From: an uncultured delta proteobacterium | GTDB taxonomy: Bacteria; Desulfobacterota; Binatia; UBA9968 | Length of the DNA: 64,000 bases | Assembly: GCA_963737905.1 (NCBI GenBank) | Contig: CAVTUQ010000039.1 | Location: 32,001-96,000 of the forward strand | Direction of reading: 5' to 3' | Shown here: positions 60,400-64,000 of the stretch, in pieces | Position numbering within the stretch: position 1 is the stretch's first letter | Layout of the letters: the number at the start of each line of letters is the position of its first letter | Position numbers and translations under genes: made by a program | Notes under the pieces: model-generated | Databases searched by the model: none | What the model saw: only the letters and a program-made list of their open reading frames with translations | Told to the model about the DNA's origin: nothing

Positions 60400-62079
60400 T
60401 CACCTGGCTACGGTGGTTTTGCGGCGACCGATAGCGGCTTCGGCTCGGGGACTGATTGCCCGCTGAACGGCGACGTTTAACAGCGCCGGCTGTCCAGAAG
60501 CGAAGGCACGCTGCAATGCTGGTTCCAGATCTTCAGCATGCTCCACAAACTCTCCGTACCCACCGAGTCCTTGAACCACCCGTTCGTAGCGCGTTTGCAG
60601 TAACTCGGTAGCGACAGGCCGGCCGTATAAACCTAGCTGGATTTGCCGGTCGATGCCCCAAGCGGAATCGTTACCTAATATCGCCACGATGTTGAGTCTG
60701 TGACGCACCGCCGTATCGAATTCCATTCCATTGAAACCAAAGGCTCCATCGCCGGTCAGCATGATCACCCGTGAGTCAGGGTAAGCTACTTTCGCAGCCA
60801 GCGCTGTGGGGAGCGACGATCCCAACATCCCTAGACTAGAAACGTAAAACCAACGCTTGGGCTTGATAGCGGGCAACAAAGACCGGGCGAAATGGCAAAA
60901 GTCTCCACCATCAAACACCAGGCAGTCGTCGGGACGCAGGATAGACTTGATGGTCTTGTGGACGAAGAGGGCATGCATCGGTGTCTCGGATCGAGCCAGA
61001 TTTTCTGCCCAGACCGACTGCCCAGCACTCACCTCGCGCAATTCATCCAGCCACGGAAGGTCCTTCCATGTGAAGCTGGCCGCTTCCTTCGTCATCTGAT
61101 CCAAAACACTGGTGACATCACCCACCATGCCCACGGCAACTCCTCGATTGCGGCCGATCTCCAAGGCCGAAGGATCGATTTGGACGATCTTAGCCGCCGC
61201 CGCTATGTGAGGCGGACGACAAAAACCAATGGTGAAGTCTTGCTTGCGCCCCAGAAGCAAAACAACGTCGGCCTCGCGAACCTTGGCGGCTGCTCGATTC
61301 AAGCCGCGCTCGAAAAATCCAAAGACATACGTGTGATCGTCAGATACCAAGCCCCGCGATTGCTCTTCCGTCAGCAACGGTAGATGGGTGGTTTCGATGA
61401 AGCGTTGGAGGGCCTCACCGGAAAGCGTATAACCGGCGGCGCTGCCAGCGATGATCAGAGGTTTCTTTGCCTGGTGCAGAAGCTCGATCGCCCGCCGCAC
61501 ACTTTCCGGATGGGCGAGCATCGACTCCTTCGCGCGGTATTCACCCGGTTCATGCAACACCACCTGCTCTTCGTCTAAGCTCTCTTCTTGTAGGTTGATG
61601 GGGATCGTCAAGTGAACCGGCCCGCGCCGGCCACTGAAAGCCAGGCGCATTGCCCGTCGGATAAATTCTGGAATCCTTCGCGCATCATCGACTAGAAACG
61701 AACCCTTGGTCATCGGCGCAGCCATATGCACCTGGTCGATCTCCTGCTGGCCCCCACGTCCCAAGTCATGGAGGTCGGCGCAGCCGGCAATGGAAATGAC
61801 GGGGCTTTCACTGTGCATGGCATTGGTCAGGCCGGGAATTGCATTGGCAAAGCCCGGAGTAGTGTACATGCAAATGCCGGGCTGTTCCGTGATGCGACCC
61901 CACGCGTCCGCCATATGGACCGCCGCCTGTTCGTGACGGGTATCGATGATGCGGAAGTTCTGATCCGCCATACTGTCTAACACCGGCAGAATATGATCGC
62001 CGGCCAAGGCAAAAATATTGGCCACCCCTTCGAGTTTGAGCGCTCTGCAGATTAGCTCAGCTCCAGTGATTCGACCCAT
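60400..62079 (-). CDS. ThDP-dependent enzyme (acetolactate synthase / 2-hydroxyacyl-CoA lyase-like)
   Basis: TRHEQAAVHMAD, GRRGPVHL.IP, GDGAFGFNGME...GNDSAWG. Confidence 0.92.
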   Translation of the reverse strand: MGRITGAELICRALKLEGVANIFALAGDHILPVLDSMADQNFRIIDTRHEQAAVHMADAWGRITEQPGICMYTTPGFANAIPGLTNAMHSESPVISIAGCADLHDLGRGGQQEIDQVHMAAPMTKGSFLVDDARRIPEFIRRAMRLAFSGRRGPVHLTIPINLQEESLDEEQVVLHEPGEYRAKESMLAHPESVRRAIELLHQAKKPLIIAGSAAGYTLSGEALQRFIETTHLPLLTEEQSRGLVSDDHTYVFGFFERGLNRAAAKVREADVVLLLGRKQDFTIGFCRPPHIAAAAKIVQIDPSALEIGRNRGVAVGMVGDVTSVLDQMTKEAASFTWKDLPWLDELREVSAGQSVWAENLARSETPMHALFVHKTIKSILRPDDCLVFDGGDFCHFARSLLPAIKPKRWFYVSSLGMLGSSLPTALAAKVAYPDSRVIMLTGDGAFGFNGMEFDTAVRHRLNIVAILGNDSAWGIDRQIQLGLYGRPVATELLQTRYERVVQGLGGYGEFVEHAEDLEPALQRAFASGQPALLNVAVQRAISPRAEAAIGRRKTTVAR

Positions 62080-62413
62080 TATCGCTCCTTTAGGTTTGCC
62101 GACGAAAAACTTTCCTTCTTATGTGCAATTGCTTCATCCTCTGTATCATACAATTGCGTAAAGACAGTCAAGCGTTTCCGGGGGTCATAATCACCATCGT
62201 GCGAACAGTCACAGAGCGAGCCTGTAGAGGGCACACGGCGAAACCGGTCAAAAAATCAATGCGGGGGAAAACATTCAATTAAAAGTGCAGGTCATCGCCT
62301 CATGCCGCGCGCGGCTTAATTCGAATCGCGACGGGGCATTTATGGACGCAGCGCGGTGGGCCCTACGACTGCCGAAGATCAAACTATTGCAGTAGAAAAG
62401 TTAAACAGTTTTT

Positions 62414-62554
62414 TTAGTCGCGCCGGAAGTATTGGTCAAAGGCCCACGACGCTAATACAAAACCAAAGAAGTAACCAACGAATTGTGTGAGTCCGGGCAC
62501 AGATTTCAGCATGTACCAGAAAGTCGCTAACAGCACTATGCCATACGTACCCAT
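62414..62554 (-). CDS. Possible small membrane protein or gene remnant (46 aa)
   Basis: Manual translation: MGTYGIVLLATFWYMLKSVPGLTQFVGYFFGFVLASWAFDQYFRRD; no clear RBS. Confidence 0.3.
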   Translation of the reverse strand: MGTYGIVLLATFWYMLKSVPGLTQFVGYFFGFVLASWAFDQYFRRD

Positions 62555-62726
62555 GGGCCATTCACGCAACCGTCAGCAAACCAGAGCTGCTATCGGACTG
62601 TTCTTGCTCGGGACGAGTAACTGAGGGGACCATTTTTTAACCGTGGGTGGCGGGCGCCTTAACGATCAAGCCGTTGGTCCTGCGCGCAGAAACTTGAAAA
62701 AGCTTTACCCGCAGGGTCGCGCTTGA

Positions 62727-62918
62727 TTAAGCTTTTTCGGCTTGCGAATCGCCGCCAGGTTTGGCCTCCATCGTCACGGATTCCTTCTGGTTGGTGCCAG
62801 GCTTGCGATGGGCTTCCTGCTCCCGTGCCCGCAACGCATTCAGTCGCTCCCGGAACCAAGTTTTCTCGGGCCAGGCCCAGTTATGATCAGAGTTGGGGTC
62901 GAACTCCGGCGGTTTCAT
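62727..62918 (-). CDS. Hypothetical protein with WPEKTWFRERL motif (63 aa)
   Basis: Directly downstream of a strong sigma54 box; motif shared with 58510-58743. Confidence 0.5.
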   Translation of the reverse strand: MKPPEFDPNSDHNWAWPEKTWFRERLNALRAREQEAHRKPGTNQKESVTMEAKPGGDSQAEKA

Positions 62919-62937
62919 GGCGATCTGAGGATTGCCC

Positions 62938-62953
62938 AGCAATCAGCATGCCA
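62938..62953 (-). promoter_or_regulatory. sigma54 promoter
   Basis: Minus strand TGGCATGCTGATTGCT. Confidence 0.65.
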
Positions 62954-63139
62954 TAGCCTTTAGTGCGAATTTCCGAATGATTTTTCAGGAATCGATGGAA
63001 TGACTGAACGAAAACCGTTACTTGCCTTTACTCGCCGCCAAATTTTGAACGTTCAGCCGAACCGCTATAAATTGGCAAAGAAACAGATGCGCCTGGAGGG
63101 CAAGTCGTCACTTTCTCCGACCACGAACAAGAACGCTGT

Positions 63140-63769
63140 TTATGAGAAACTCTTCCAATTCAGGAATGACTTATCGGAATAGAGCGCGTCAACATCCGAA
63201 GGAACTGTGATGCCGCGGCTTTTTAAATAATCGGCGATCGGCTTGAGAGGCAGGCCCACGGCGGCCAGATAGTCGCCGCGAATGGACTCGATCAAATTGC
63301 GACCTTCCCCTTGGATCGAATAGGCGCCCGCCTTATCGAGCGATTCGTCACAGGAGAGATAATGCTCGCACTCTTTCTCCGAGTAGTCGCGCATCTTGAC
63401 CGAGACTTCTTCGACGATCCTAAGACCCGGCCCGCCCAAATCATCGAGGATGGCGACGCTGGTAAAGATCCGATGGATTTTTCCTGAAAGCAAGCGCAGC
63501 ATCCGTTTCGCATCCGCTATTCCATCAGGTTTACCGATCTTGCTAAGGTTTACTAGAATCATAGTGTCGCTACCGACAACTATGCTTTCGGGATAATTTC
63601 TAGCCACCGATTGGGCTTTTCCTACGGCGAAATCGAGAACCTCCTCTGCAACGGATCGATCGCTTATCGAAAGTTCATCGAACTCTGGAGCGATTACCTC
63701 GAACGGCAGACCGAGAAGCGCGATGATCTCACGACGGCGAGGCGAGGTGGAGGCCAGGAGGAGTCTCAT
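63140..63769 (-). CDS. maf: Maf nucleotide pyrophosphatase
   Basis: LLLASTSPRRREI, GSDT, GKP, DKAGAYSIQG, VGLP. Confidence 0.95.
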   Translation of the reverse strand: MRLLLASTSPRRREIIALLGLPFEVIAPEFDELSISDRSVAEEVLDFAVGKAQSVARNYPESIVVGSDTMILVNLSKIGKPDGIADAKRMLRLLSGKIHRIFTSVAILDDLGGPGLRIVEEVSVKMRDYSEKECEHYLSCDESLDKAGAYSIQGEGRNLIESIRGDYLAAVGLPLKPIADYLKSRGITVPSDVDALYSDKSFLNWKSFS

Positions 63770-64000
63770 GAAAACAAAAAAGTCGTGTTCGTGACTCGTG
63801 AATCGTTACCGGGAAGCGCAAGCTCGGCGGGATCGAACCGCGCGCCGAGCGATCCGCCGTAGGTCCTGAGACACTGGACAACTTCATCGAAGTGGTTCAC
63901 GCGCACCATCTGCGCGCGTAGCTGCGCCGCCCCAGGGGAATCGCAACAGTACCACGCCAGATGTTTGCGCATACCAACGAAACTTCGGATCACGTTGTGT
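63766..64000 (-). CDS. tRNA-dihydrouridine synthase, C-terminal part (partial)
   Basis: MRKHLAWYC...GAAQLRAQM is typical of DusB C-termini; stop overlaps the maf start. Confidence 0.65.
   Translation of the reverse strand, partial: HNVIRSFVGMRKHLAWYCCDSPGAAQLRAQMVRVNHFDEVVQCLRTYGGSLGARFDPAELALPGNDSRVTNTTFLFS

Noticed and set aside
1-64000. tRNA, rRNA, known riboswitches (TPP, cobalamin, c-di-GMP), transposases, integrases
   Set aside because: No matching signatures were seen by eye. A tRNAscan-SE/Infernal run would be needed to exclude them formally.

Overview
A 64-kb bacterial chromosomal window. Gene content (several stand-alone NitT/TauT-type binding proteins, ThDP enzymes, amidase, bicupin, several sigma54 promoters) suggests Candidatus Binatia or a related deltaproteobacterial lineage; this is inference, as no marker gene was tested. 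Positions 1-16.9 kb are a minus-strand copper/heavy-metal island with two apparent operons. Operon A is leader ORF, cytochrome c-CusF fusion, CusF lipoprotein, TolC-type OMF and multicopper oxidase. Operon B, behind a sigma54 promoter, is leader ORF, small membrane proteins, cytochrome c, FAD oxidoreductase, an amber-interrupted membrane adenylate cyclase, Rieske protein, YHS, GalT-like, TreT-like glycosyltransferase, ICMT-like and a Cu P1B-ATPase. A ZraP/Spy-like gene follows at the window edge. The remainder is mostly core or metabolic: lgt, dtd, trmL, comEC, uvrC, uvrB, prpCDB, amidase, uup, hsp20-lon, an alpha-hydroxy acid oxidase, maf and a partial dus gene. It also holds an uncharacterised aminotransferase / two-gene Fe-S / TRAP / epimerase cluster at 21.2-27.9 kb. 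Best leads: (1) three secreted ORFs sharing a C-terminal (Y/H)xLxSx(F/Y)x(I/V)-stop motif, two heading the copper operons, as candidate metal-sensing translational leaders; (2) the orphan Fe-S two-gene module; (3) the Met-rich membrane cyclase inside the copper operon. Three genes carry single-base +1 frameshifts that may be assembly errors. No rRNA, tRNA, CRISPR array or transposase was seen. All calls come from motif recognition by eye; no database search was run.
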